Shown here piece after piece: positions 12,236 to 23,600 of a stretch of DNA of 64,000 bases. Made by a program: the position numbers and the translations under genes. The notes under the pieces are model-generated. The model was given only the letters and a program-made list of their open reading frames with translations. It had not been told where the DNA came from and made no database searches. Numbering within the stretch: position 1 is the stretch's first letter; every line of letters starts with the position of its first letter. The DNA comes from Marsupella aquatica (lineage: Eukaryota > Plantae > Marchantiophyta). Where the stretch lies: NCBI GenBank assembly GCA_973895155.1, contig OZ316896.1:7449278-7513277 (forward strand), read 5' to 3'.

Positions 12236-13459
12236 TAAGACTTAGGGAGGATAGGTGATGGATACTTACTAGGGATTCTTGATTGAAATTGTTTGGAGTC
12301 TTCAAGTGCCAGTTCTACACTGTCGCTCATAGAGGAGAGGTCAAACTCCTCTGTTGCTTCCACGGAGGACTTCACAAGGACGCGATTCGCTTCCATCTTT
12401 CTGACATGTGGCAGAGTGACACGTGGCTTCTTAGCAGGCGTCCGATTTAGGGCAATGAAAAAGAATGGAGGTGGAGGCGGAAGCAGGCAGAGGCGGGGAG
12501 GCGGAGAGAGAGCGGAGAGCAAAGAGCGAGGAGAGCGAGCGAGTGAAGGCAAAGAGCAGAGAGCGGAGGCGGAGAGTGGAGAGCGTGAGCAGAGTGAGGA
12601 GCGAAAGAGTGAGAATGAGAATGAGGTCCTGGCTGGACCTCTCCGTCCCTTTACCCCCTCCTGCCTCACCCCGGCCTGCGTACGGCCGGTTGCCTCCTTC
12701 TCCTACGTACGGCCTGATAGTGCGTACGGCTTGCTCCTGCGTACGGCCCGTTGCCCGCACCCTGCATACGGGCCTCCTTCCTTGATGTCCTGCCTACCTA
12801 ACAGCCTTGCACGGTAGTCCCCGCGCAATTAGGCTCGTGAAGATAAGGTGTGCCGCAAGCTAAGGTGAAGGGGTACTCAACCCTTATCTTCACGCGATTT
12901 CCGTTTGAGCCGACTCGAGCAAAGGGTATATTTCGGGAGACGCCCACTTCGGAGCTCATTCTTGTTCTAGTTTCCCAAATCTAAGCTCCATGTAATCCGG
13001 AGTTTCTCTTAAAGTGTTATGTATTGAGCCACTTACCTTCAATGGGTCAGCTTAGCCAGCTTCTTGACTTTTGGGGTCCTCTCAGTTTATCTTTTACAGA
13101 CATGTGTGGTTTAGGGTTCAGTTTGTTTTTTACTCCCAAGATTTAGTGGCATATAGCTTGTATTTCAGGGTTCTGGGAAAGTTTTTACCAATCTACAGAC
13201 AACAATGTATCCCCCTTGGATGTGATATTCATATTCTACCAGATCTTAATACTAAGGTGAGTATAAGGTTAACGCATTCAAATATAAGGCTAGGTTTCAT
13301 TATTTCATGAAACTGTATGTAGACATTAGGGTCTACCTTAAGACCACGCAAACTTTAGGCTACACCATATAGGGAGATCCGTAAAATACGGAGTCTTCCT
13401 AAATTTGGAATTTTCTTAGCTTAAAATGTTTGAAGTTTATCTCCCGTTACATTATGGGT

Positions 13460-14255
13460 TGGTCTAGGATGGTCCTAGTCCAAGTTTGGATTCAGATGTG
13501 GACTAGGATCATCCGAGTCCAACTTTGCATTGGGATCATCCGAGTCCAACTTTGGATTGGGATGGTCCGAGTCCAAGTTTAAACTTGGATGGTCCAAGTC
13601 CTAGTTTGGATTGGGATGGTCCGAGTCCAAGTTTGGACTTGGATGGTCCAAGTCCTAGTTTGGATTGGGATGGTCCGAGTCCAAGTTTGGATTAGGATGG
13701 TTCAAGTCCAACTTTGGATTGGGATGGTCCGAGTCCAAGTTTGGACTTGGATGGTCCAAGTCCTAGTTTGGATTGGGATGGTCTGAGTCCAAGTTTGGAT
13801 TAGGATGGTCCGAGTCCAACTTTGGATTGGGATGGTCCGAGTCCAAGTTTGGACTTGGATGGTCCAAGTCCTAGTTTGGATTGGGATGGTCCGAGTCCAA
13901 GTTTGGATTGGGATGGTCCTAGTCCAACTTTGGACTGGGATGGTCCCAGTCCAAATCCAGAATCGGAGGATCATACTCCAAATCTAGACTCGGAGGATTC
14001 CAGTCCAAATCCGGACTCGGATGGTCCCAATCCAAATCCATAATCGGAGGATCGTAGTCCAAATCTAGACTCAGAGGATTGCAGTCCAAATCCGGACTTG
14101 GATGGTCCCGGTCAAAATCCGGACTCGGATGGTCCTAGTCCAAATCCAGAATCAGAGGATCGTAGTCCAAATCCGGACTTGGATGGTCCCGGTCCAAATC
14201 CGGAATTGAAGGATCGTAGTCCAAATCCAGACTTTGAGGATCGCAGTCTGAATCA
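13460..14255. repeat. 27-bp quasi-palindromic minisatellite upstream of the transposase (probable 5' intron)
   Basis: Same unit family (TTGGATTGGGATGGTCCGAGTCCAA). Bracketed by a donor-like AAG|GTGAGT near 13257 and an acceptor TGCAG at 14300. Confidence 0.85.
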
Positions 14256-14294
14256 AAATTTGCATGACTTTGGTTGTAATCCATTTTTTTCAGT

Positions 14295-17200
14295 GTGCAG
14301 GATAATAGGAAAAGGATGTCTCAAAGGTTTTCTAGGGGCGATGATGTGACCTTGACAATGGATGGTTACGACGTTGGAAATGGGACAGTTCAAAAGACAG
14401 ATCCGCAAGAGAGTGTTCAAAATATTGTGCTGGGAGAGAATCGAATTGGGGTTCTCATTGAGAAGGCCTTTGGTGAGACCAGGAAGCTCCCTTTTCCAAT
14501 GCCTAGGGCGGAAAATCTTCATGATGCCATTGACTCATGTGTCATTTGGGATATGTCATGTGCATATCGATCTGCGGATAAGATTACTCAAAAACGCATC
14601 AGTATTGGTAGTTGTTCGACTCGAAAAGATAACAACATCCATAATTCTGCAAATGTACAGGAGGATGCTTCGACCACCCTAAGGCCAGGTGATGAGGTTG
14701 AAATGTTTATCTCTGGCCATTGTGTGGCCTTTGGAGTTGTTTTCAACACTGATCCAATGGAGAGATGTCATAACATATTACTCGGTGAGTCTCGGGTTAG
14801 TGTAAAAATCACAGATGTGATTCATGGTAGTAAGACTTTACCTTACGCACATGGTGGAGCTGCAACAATTGAAGAGGCAAAGGGCTCCTGGGTTCTATGG
14901 GATGTGGCTGACGTCCACAATAAAGTATGGAATGTTGATATCGATGGGAGCAACAAATCTTCCTCTAAGAAGCAGAAGGACAAGGCGGATTTTGTTTCAC
15001 AGTCTTGTTCGGCAAACACCACAGACACTAAGTGTGACTATTTTCATCGGGCAAACTGGATGTCAGAGTTGGTTGAACTCTACACTGGTTTGGATCGAAC
15101 CAAAATGGTTGCCACGGGAACGATCACTGTCCCTCAAGTGATGGCGGCAGTTGATGATGAAATTCTTGGTGATGACCATGTTGGGATTGCTGTGAAAGAT
15201 GTCGTGGCAGCACAATACTTTCCCAACATCCACAAGGGAGTAGTGAGTTTGATTCGATGGCGGATTGATTCAACAAAACTAGTTGCAAATGGAAAATTTT
15301 TGTCAGATATTTTGGTGGAAGGTTCTGAAAGGATGGACTCAATGGATAGGGATGAACTCAATGCGGATGTAAGTGATAGAGGAGTACTGCGTTCAAGGCC
15401 CTACAATTTTAACAAGAGGAATCAAGTAGATCCAAATGAAAAGAAGAGGAGGTTGTTGGAAACCAAGGCAATTTCAAAAACAACAGAGGCGTCAATTGAT
15501 GACGTGAAAAGAGAAAATTGTTGCAAGCAAAAATGTTGTCTCATTATGCCAAGGGAAAACATCGAAGATATTAGGATGGAATTTCATGGGATGTCAAGCG
15601 AGTCAAAAACGTCACACATTTTCAACCTCTTTCACTATAGAGAGGATGATGTTCGTGATAAGGGACACCATGTTCTTAAGGGTATGGTCGTATGCAGACA
15701 TGCATTTGCAATTATCCACGGTTTTAGCCACACCAAATATTATGATTACAAAAGGAGATATGTGGAGGGTTGCAAAATTGGGTTCCATGGCAATACGGGC
15801 TTGATGAAAACAAGGGCAAATACCTTGCATGCACGAGCTCTGTTGGAGGCTTTTTTGACTCGAAATGCAGAGCCCATGCCTCATATGCCTTATGGAGGGG
15901 CACATGGGACAGACTCTATTGAGTACCGTCTTCCGGCGTGTTACAAAAAGCTAGAGATTCTGGAAGATGTGAGAACAAAGATGAAGGAAGAAGGGCTTCC
16001 TCCTGTCACAGAGAATACTCTCTACAAGATCTGGAGTAACTCATTTGCAAACTTCAGTTTTCATAAAGATGGTGCATTTGCCAAGTGTACTCTTTGTTGT
16101 GAATACAAAGACAGTTTGATGCGAGAAAGAAGGAAAAAAGAACGTGCTGAAATTGAAGAAAAACGAGCGCAACATCTTCGTGAGCAAATGTCACGTAGAT
16201 ATGTTTACTACGCTCGTCGAGTGATGGCCAAACAACACCCAGGAGAATATCTTTGCATTATTCACGACAAGATGGATCAAGCAAAGACATGGATTCCAAA
16301 AATGGTTAGTACTCCTAAATCTCTTTCGGGTCATGGAATGCCGCTACCTATTGCTCTCACAGGGATGTTGACCCACGGGAGGGATCCAGGAGTTTATGCA
16401 CACTTTAGTGTCACTGGCCTTTGGCCAGGAGATGCCGATTTCACGGTGACATCCTTGGCTAAGTGTCTTCGAGACCTTGAAGAGTACAATGGAGACAAGA
16501 CAGGTGACATGTTGGATGGCCTTCATTGGGAACCTCACAGACCTTTCTTTCAAGCCCTACTTGACTTTGAAGCATTTTTGACGGGTTATTTGGAACCAAA
16601 GAATATACCGGTGAATAGGTATATTGGTTCTGAAGATGGAGCTGAGAGTCGGACTGAGACCGTCCCAAACCAGCAAGATGAGGATGATGGAGAAGACATG
16701 CAAGGAGAGCAAGGCAGTCCATCGTTCAAGCCCTTGCCAAGGCACCTAACATTGCAGATGGATAATTCAGCAAAGGACAACAAAAACCAGACTGTCATGG
16801 CATTTTGTAGCGAGCTTGTGAGTAGAGGAGTATTTGAAACTGTTCAAATGTCTTTTCTAATGGTTGGTCATACGCATGAAGATGTTGATGCACTCTTTTC
16901 AAAGGTATCATATCAAGTTCAGCACAAAGAAGTTGCAACCCTCCTTGCTCTTATGGCAGAGGTATGGGAATGCGAGAGCATTCATCCAGTTCCCAGATTG
17001 ATACAAGAAGTTGCATCTTACAAAGAATATCTTCAAACTTTCAAGGTGAAAGATATTCAAGGTCACTCAAAACCTGTATCATTTCTTTTCTCTATGAGAG
17101 ATAATGTACCAATATTTCAGTATAAGTCCCATGTAAAGCAAGCTTGGGCTCCACTTGGTGGAAGGTGCATTTGGGCAACAGATCTGACAACAAATTCTCT

Positions 17201-18077
17201 TCTTTTACCAAGTGGAGAGCCCTTAGCTAAATCCATTGGAGAGATACACAAAAAATCTGAAGAGATTATCCCATTTCTTAACAAGTACCTTGATTTTTTG
17301 AGAAGGAGTTGCACTGATGAGACATCTATAGCATATAAGGAAAGATTTCCTCTTGTGAAATATTGGGAGAGAATTGTGGAGTTGTTGACAAATGGGCTCG
17401 CACTAGAAGGGGAGGGAAGTACTCAATTTCCCTTGGAAAACAGATTTTGGCCTAAGACTAACCACGGCACTGGTTACAAGGTCAACCAACCGGAACAAAG
17501 TGGTCCTCCAAGTGAAGATGAGGAGAATGCAGAGATGACGGCTCTTCAAAATGAGGTCTTGGAAGAGATGGAAGATCAGGCAGCACCATTTGTTGGATCT
17601 CGAGCTGAGAGAGAACAAGGACGATGGATTCCTTTACAAGATATTTGTGAAGGAAACTTTGTATTTCTTCGACCCGAGGATGACTGGGAGAATAAAAATG
17701 GTGGAGGTCATTTCTGGTTGGTGAGAGCTTTGGGTTTGGTGGACCCAAAGCATGAAGTCCCAACTACATCTTCAACAAACCCTTCTCTGCCTCGACAGTA
17801 CGCTCCAATGTTCCCAGTTGAATGGTGGAGGCCTAAACACTCTAGTAAACTTGATGTGACTGAGAGTGCGCGGTATCTAAATTGTTTCATGTCCACTAAG
17901 ACATGGGAACGAGATCCAGGGTTTGGTGAGAATACTCAACATTGGCAGTATGCAAATTCTGCAATGTATGGTTTTAAATCTGGAATGAAAGAAGAAAACA
18001 TGGCAGGCAGAGGTTTGAAGATCCCTCGAAATGTTCTACAAACTGTCCAAAATTATCTTCAAAGGATGGACAAGTAG
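14295..18077 (+). CDS. Sola-like DDE transposase (DUF7869-type core) with three N-terminal Tnp1/En/Spm-like repeats
   Basis: Intact 1260-codon ORF (first ATG 14316). Motifs FAKCTLC, CIIHDKMDQAK, LTLQMDNSAKDNKN and SFLMVGHTHEDVDALFS. Lies within TIRs with a 4-bp TSD, the size expected for Sola. Confidence 0.75.
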   Translation: MQDNRKRMSQRFSRGDDVTLTMDGYDVGNGTVQKTDPQESVQNIVLGENRIGVLIEKAFGETRKLPFPMPRAENLHDAIDSCVIWDMSCAYRSADKITQKRISIGSCSTRKDNNIHNSANVQEDASTTLRPGDEVEMFISGHCVAFGVVFNTDPMERCHNILLGESRVSVKITDVIHGSKTLPYAHGGAATIEEAKGSWVLWDVADVHNKVWNVDIDGSNKSSSKKQKDKADFVSQSCSANTTDTKCDYFHRANWMSELVELYTGLDRTKMVATGTITVPQVMAAVDDEILGDDHVGIAVKDVVAAQYFPNIHKGVVSLIRWRIDSTKLVANGKFLSDILVEGSERMDSMDRDELNADVSDRGVLRSRPYNFNKRNQVDPNEKKRRLLETKAISKTTEASIDDVKRENCCKQKCCLIMPRENIEDIRMEFHGMSSESKTSHIFNLFHYREDDVRDKGHHVLKGMVVCRHAFAIIHGFSHTKYYDYKRRYVEGCKIGFHGNTGLMKTRANTLHARALLEAFLTRNAEPMPHMPYGGAHGTDSIEYRLPACYKKLEILEDVRTKMKEEGLPPVTENTLYKIWSNSFANFSFHKDGAFAKCTLCCEYKDSLMRERRKKERAEIEEKRAQHLREQMSRRYVYYARRVMAKQHPGEYLCIIHDKMDQAKTWIPKMVSTPKSLSGHGMPLPIALTGMLTHGRDPGVYAHFSVTGLWPGDADFTVTSLAKCLRDLEEYNGDKTGDMLDGLHWEPHRPFFQALLDFEAFLTGYLEPKNIPVNRYIGSEDGAESRTETVPNQQDEDDGEDMQGEQGSPSFKPLPRHLTLQMDNSAKDNKNQTVMAFCSELVSRGVFETVQMSFLMVGHTHEDVDALFSKVSYQVQHKEVATLLALMAEVWECESIHPVPRLIQEVASYKEYLQTFKVKDIQGHSKPVSFLFSMRDNVPIFQYKSHVKQAWAPLGGRCIWATDLTTNSLLLPSGEPLAKSIGEIHKKSEEIIPFLNKYLDFLRRSCTDETSIAYKERFPLVKYWERIVELLTNGLALEGEGSTQFPLENRFWPKTNHGTGYKVNQPEQSGPPSEDEENAEMTALQNEVLEEMEDQAAPFVGSRAEREQGRWIPLQDICEGNFVFLRPEDDWENKNGGGHFWLVRALGLVDPKHEVPTTSSTNPSLPRQYAPMFPVEWWRPKHSSKLDVTESARYLNCFMSTKTWERDPGFGENTQHWQYANSAMYGFKSGMKEENMAGRGLKIPRNVLQTVQNYLQRMDK

Positions 18078-18329
18078 ACTTAGTTGTTAGAAGCTATAAT
18101 AATTAAATAGATAGTTACTAGTTTTTATGTAACTAAGATAGTCACTCATTCAAACATAGTAATTTATGTACTAGTTATTTACTATTCTAATAGTTTTAAT
18201 GTGATACTATCTCCTCATTTTCTAAACTTTTGATCATTATAAATATGAATGTTTGCTTTTTCTACATAATTAAAAATGTTTTTCTATTCATTCCTTTCTT
18301 TTAAATGATTATAATAAGAGTTGGTAGGC

Positions 18330-18655
18330 AAATGTACACTTTTTAGGCCAAATGTACACTTTATTGCACTAAAAGTTACACTTTCTAGACCAAATGCACT
18401 TAAATGTACACTTGTTAAGTCAAATGTATGCATTTTGCACTCAAATGTACACTTTCTAGGCCAAATGTACTCAAATGTACACTTTTAAAGCCAAATGTAT
18501 CTATTTTGATGTTCAAATTTACACTTTTCATTGCCCAAATGTACACTCTTTAGGCCAATTGTAAACTTTTCTATCCCCAAATGTACACTTTTCATTGGCC
18601 AAATGTACACTTTTCCAAGCCCAAAAGTACACTTTTCACTGCCCAAATGTACATA
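18330..18655. repeat. Subterminal AAATGTACACT repeats of the Sola-like element
   Basis: More than 10 copies of CAAATGTACACTT. The same motif occurs at 5630-5715 next to the other TIR. Confidence 0.85.
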
Positions 18656-20509
18656 AATCAAATAATAATACACTTTTAATGAATAGGCTGATATCTCCTT
18701 GTACCTGAGGATCACGAAGGGATGTTGTGAATGCCGGTAAACACCAGTTTATGCCCTTAACACCAGACTATCATAGCAAGACTCTATCACACATCACCCA
18801 AGCTCAATCCCAAGGAACCGAGGTTGGGGATCAGATCTGCGCTCATGATAGTTCTGGTGAGAAGGGGTCTTCATATCGGGCCCGTACACACAGGGCCTAG
18901 TGCTACGGTGCGCATAGGTCTATACATATGCTTACTGTCATAGGTATGTTTCTATTCCGCCGCCGGAATGTACCCATAAACCAGTGACTCCTGACTGATT
19001 CCCGGCTTAGGGACTTCTAAGCCATTGCCCCACCACTCTGCCATTCCACTCTCAACAATCAGAGCTATGACAGTCCTCACCCAGCCCGCTTCAATGCACC
19101 CGGTACACCTCTCAGTGGCGCTGCTAGTTCCATCATACACTCAGATTGCCTCACACACACACACACATCCATGAGAGAAATGAGGCCTGAGAGGAAAACT
19201 CAATTAGATTCAAAGATGTGCACAATAGTTCACTGAGAACACTTGATCCGAACACTAGGGCCGAAGGCTGTCTCCTCCAGATTGTGACGTGCTTGCCCTG
19301 CAAGCCCCGTGCTTGCCATGCAAGCTCAATCCTGAACTCAACCTCCTTCACTGCACTTCATTCTTGGGGGCACATACAGATCTCACACCTCCAATTCAGA
19401 ACGTCAAGTTACGCATGCATAGTTGACTCGACTTCAAAGCTGGTACCAGGCCTAACGGCGATCTACCCCAGACTGCAATGAGGCCCGGCCTCACGCTTGC
19501 CCTGCAAGCTCAGCTCTGGCCATAGATCCCTTAGTGCTCTCCACCAGACAAAGGCCGGGACTCCCCATGGGTCACGTAGCCTTGCCAGACTGAACTGTAA
19601 ATGCTCCTCCTGCTGCCCCTTAATCAGTACCTCAGCCTCCCTAATGTGCCCACCGCAAATCGAATTGAAATCCTCCCCACAGTTTACAATCACCAATACA
19701 TCACCTATCACCAAGGCTCTGTATCAGGGGAAAAGAACCCAGTTGTGCTGCCCGCTAGAAAGAGCCACAATCCAGCTCGCAAACCTAGCAACCTGTTGCT
19801 GTGAAGCTTGGCTGATTACTCCCTGAGTATAGCACAACCAAGCTCTCCCCAACACGCAGCGTCCAAGTCCAGCCTTGCTTGCACAGAGCTCCTCCCCGCT
19901 ACTCAGTCTAAGTGAGATCACACAACTGAAGTCCCCCCTGCCTCTACCGGAGGGATGCTCTATATACTCTCTCATTGAGCCCAAATGGGTGGATGCTACG
20001 CTGCTGGAGCCCCATCCCAGCCCTAATAGAGCCGCCACTATCTCTAACTACTGAACCCTAACTCGCAACTTTATTTCTATCTCGAATTGGCTATGTACTT
20101 CGGATTCGGCCCTCCTCCATAGTTTTCGCGAGCTTGCGCCTCCTCTCCCAATTTCTCTATTTAACCATTTTCTGCGTGGATAGCAGCGTTGGAAGCGGCT
20201 TGAGCTCCTCTTTCCAACGAGGTCAATTATAGCCGATTTGGTCAAATACACAGAGAGTTATGCCCCCGTAACCGAGAGGGGGTACTCACTGTTGCGCTAA
20301 CCCGAGTTACATAGCTAACCCGAGTTCGGCTAACCTAGCTATCCTATCTAACCCGAGTAGAGCTAACCCGTGGTCTCGGGTTAGGCCGTCACCCGCTATC
20401 CGCTATCCGCTATCCGCGCCTAAGCTGAGCCCGAACCCGAGCTTACCTATGCTAACCTGACCCCGAGTTAAGTCTAACCCGGGATCAATCTAATCCGAAC
20501 CCGGGTTAA

Positions 20510-20650
20510 GCCTAAGCTGAAGCCGTGCTTACCTAAGCTAAGCTGAAGCCGTGCTTACCTGAGCTAAGCTGAAGCCGTGCTGACCTAAGCTAAGCTGAAG
20601 CCGTGCTGACCTGAGCTAAGCTGAAGCCGTGCTCACATAAGCTAAGCCGT
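20510..20650. repeat. 24-bp tandem repeat within LTR B
   Basis: CTAAGCTGAAGCCGTGCT(T/G)ACCT(A/G)AG units; fewer units in LTR B2 at about 38365-38440. Confidence 0.85.
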
Positions 20651-23600
20651 GGTCGAGCTTGGGTTAACCCGAAACTGAAGCCGAATCCGCTAATTCCGGC
20701 CACAAGTTAACCCGTCACACTAATCAGGCCGTATCTTTCTTAATACACCTCCGTTTCCCGAGTGTTTTATATCGATTTTACTCGCCTTGACCAGATCTTT
20801 CCAATGCTCTTTACAGATCCAGATTTGGTGACATATTGAAAGAGATATGGTCGCCGACCACCTGCGACATAGCTTTTATTTCCCTACTCTTAACGCCATG
20901 ATTGCCCTTATTCTTGCCATCTTGCTAATTGTTATGCAATATCAATAGCTACTCCTTGCATACAGCAACCTACTTAATCAGATTACAAAATAAGGACCAT
21001 GTCATTGGCGTCACAATGCGGTGTCAAAGCTGAAGGGGCAAATTGCCCAATGGGAGCGAGATGGCAAGGGTAAGCCAGATGGGCCTCCTTGCGTTAGGAG
21101 GTTGCGTCTGTATTCGCCACCAGTGCCTCAGGAATTTAGTGAAGATACTCAGAATCGGGTTAGGAAAAAGATTTGTATCAAGCATCAAGCGCCAGGGGAC
21201 AAAGCTCATCCGGGGATAGCCGATTCAGGAGCAGATTTTGGTAGCAAGGGAAGCGCACACGAGAGCGCACATCCCAAACCATTGGAGGCTGCCCTTTCTG
21301 CCCCCACAACAACGCTTCTCCCTGCCAAGCCTATTTCTCCTGTTGTCCCTAATATAGTGCCAAGAAGTCTTTTGCTTGCTATTCTGGATGGGCAAATAGT
21401 CACGATCAAATGCAGTCTTAGAGACACCCCTGAGAGCATCAGTAAGGTTCAAAAGACTGTGCAAGACTTGGAGGCAGCAAACGAGGATCATCCAAGACTC
21501 AGCTCTGGTCTGGTGGACCAACTTCAGAAACTACAGCAAGAATTGCAAGATGTGAGAATCAAAGTGAAGGCCGTAGACACCTTGTATGATGACATGTCAA
21601 CGAAAATAGAGCTTGAGGAGCTCAAGGGAGAGCAAGATGAGGAGGTACAATGTCAGACCATATATATACCTGTCCATCAATCTATCTGTAGGCTGGATAT
21701 ATATGTTTAGTTGAGATGTTGGATTCAATTTAGTAGGACGAGGCATTGATGCATTGACGATGAGCTGCAAATAATGTTGTCGTGTGTGTTAAGTAGGGTT
21801 TAGAGTAAGAATAACTATTCTTCTCTTTAATAGCCTAGATTCGTTCCCGTTAAGAGCTATTGAGACTTAAAAGATTGTAATATGATACTTTGAGTACTTT
21901 TGAGTAACATACTCAGGTTACAAGCCTTTTTAACATGCTCAGGTTTATGGAAGGAATTTTATGATACTTCCATGAAAGGTATGACGTTTGTATCGTCCAT
22001 AGTGCAATCAAAAAGGGGTAAAAAGTGTTAAACAAAACCAAAAGCCAGCGGCGTGAAAACTGATAGAAGGCGAGTTATAGATGGAAATATACCCTATCAC
22101 TACATAGCAACTCATGGCCAGCGGTAGTACATTAAGAATCATTGGGATAAGTACTCATGCAAAACTGATGCCTACATATCTTCTTCAAACCAGCCATCTT
22201 AGAAAATTATAAAAGATTAGCATAAGGTAGCCCGTATTGATTTTCTGACCTATGTCAAAGCAAGGTGGTACTAATCACTCCGAACCAACTTATTCTTTTA
22301 TTCAATCCATCAGATTGCTCTTTTGGATCTATGCAATTTGTGGAATTCTAGTGGTGAATTTATATCAGCTCTTTGTTGAATACAAGAGCTCTATAGTCAA
22401 CACGAATCAATAGGCTTTTGCATGATCTCATGCATGTGTTTCCAGTCAGCCTACGGGTCAACCAAGCATTACTAGTCACATCAAACAGCTTTTTCTAGTA
22501 AGGGATAATCACACACTAAGATGGAATCACAAACCATAGATTACCAAAGATTACTAAAATAAACTTCTCATTGATTACTTCAAAGAGAAGGAGACTTAAA
22601 GTTGAAAGCTAATTTCATGAAAGTCATATTAAGTCTGAGGTTCAAGGAAGAATCTCTCCCTCTTATATAGAAGAGAGATCCGCTTGAAAAACTAGATGAA
22701 AAGACATGCCTTTTCATTATGTAAAAACTAATAAGGTTAACTAGATAAAAATAACTATACTGTGTGAAAGAGGAGGTCATATCACTTCCTTCCTTTCCTA
22801 TAAAACATGGAAAATGGTCGGAACAAAGGCGGAAATCAAATTTCCGGTTCAACCTCCTTTTGAATATAAATTCCGGTTGAACCTGTTTTACAGAATCCGG
22901 TTCATTGGTGTAGGTAAAATGTAGGAGTGCAAGAGTAATCACAATGATGATGGAATCTCTTCATCTTCGAATGAATGGGTACATCTTTTCATAGTATCCT
23001 TTCAAACTTAGTTAACCATTTTGATTGGTTAAGGTCCATTGCCATGGATCATACTTCCTATTGGTCTAGAATTATCTTGAAGGTCTTATATGGAAGTGTC
23101 GCTTCAAAATCTTCATTACATTCTTTGTCCGGAAATCTCGGATGTCTCTTGGTTGCACCGGTTGGAGTCTCATAATATTAAGTGGGTCATTTCGAATCCA
23201 TTTTCAGACTTCTTTATATATATCTTAACTGCCCCAGAAAGAGCTTTCCAACACACTTTACAGATCTTGATTTCGATAAACGGTTTGAGAGTTATGGTCA
23301 ATTTACTACCGGGTGGTATGTTCAGGCCGGTTCAGTTTCCGGTTCAACCGGGTTCTGGCCGGTTCAACCTCTTTTGGTCTCTTGGTTAGACTATGAGTCT
23401 ATTCTAAACTTATGGTTTTACTCTTCAGATCTTTGGTGTGATGTCATTCTCTCATAAAAATATCTCGGATTGAAAACATCGGGAAGTCTTCCAAATGGAT
23501 TAGGGAGATTGAACCAGTTTTGCCATTTCGAACCAGCCTCATTGTTTCCGACTAAAATTTAGAACACAATGATTTCTAGTTAAACTTCCTTAGTTGTCTC

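Larger units (their letters stand above)
7239..12396 (-). pseudogene. ParB-like + N4/N6 (beta-class) DNA methyltransferase-like gene; 3 exons, one premature stop
   Basis: Exons 12396-12270, 11803-10113 and 9608-7239 join by phase-compatible GT-AG introns (4188 nt). One in-frame TAG at 10941-10943 lies in a VEKP repeat where sister repeats have GAG. ParB-like motifs YRMLNADHVKEVANSM and AISGQHSARAA; MTase-like NPHAKPTRMIRRIIESLSEPGDLVLDFFSGG. Confidence 0.7.
5581..18692. mobile_element. 13.1-kb Sola-like TIR DNA transposon with cargo genes
   Basis: 26-bp TIRs ATCA(A/G)CCTATTCATTAAAAGTGTATT at 5581-5606 and 18667-18692 (1 mismatch). 4-bp TSD ATCT (5577-5580, 18693-18696), confirmed by the empty site in LTR B2 (AAACCATCTCCTTG). 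Subterminal AAATGTACACT repeats at both ends. Confidence 0.9.
5520..21015. mobile_element. Solo LTR B copy 1 (~2.4 kb: 5520-5580 + 18697-21015), interrupted by the Sola-like element
   Basis: TGTCAC...GCGTCACA termini and 5-bp TSD ATGCG (5515-5519, 21016-21020). Colinear with the uninterrupted copy at 36468-38806. Confidence 0.9.

Noticed and set aside
11940-14255. CRISPR array
   Set aside because: Units are contiguous without unique spacers, there are no cas genes, and the context is eukaryotic introns. The same applies to 42400-43490.
11738-14349. Repeat-derived ORFs (DSDDPNP.., WTRMIPIQ.., MVRVQVW..)
   Set aside because: Artefacts of a 27-bp period (a multiple of 3); they lie in predicted introns.
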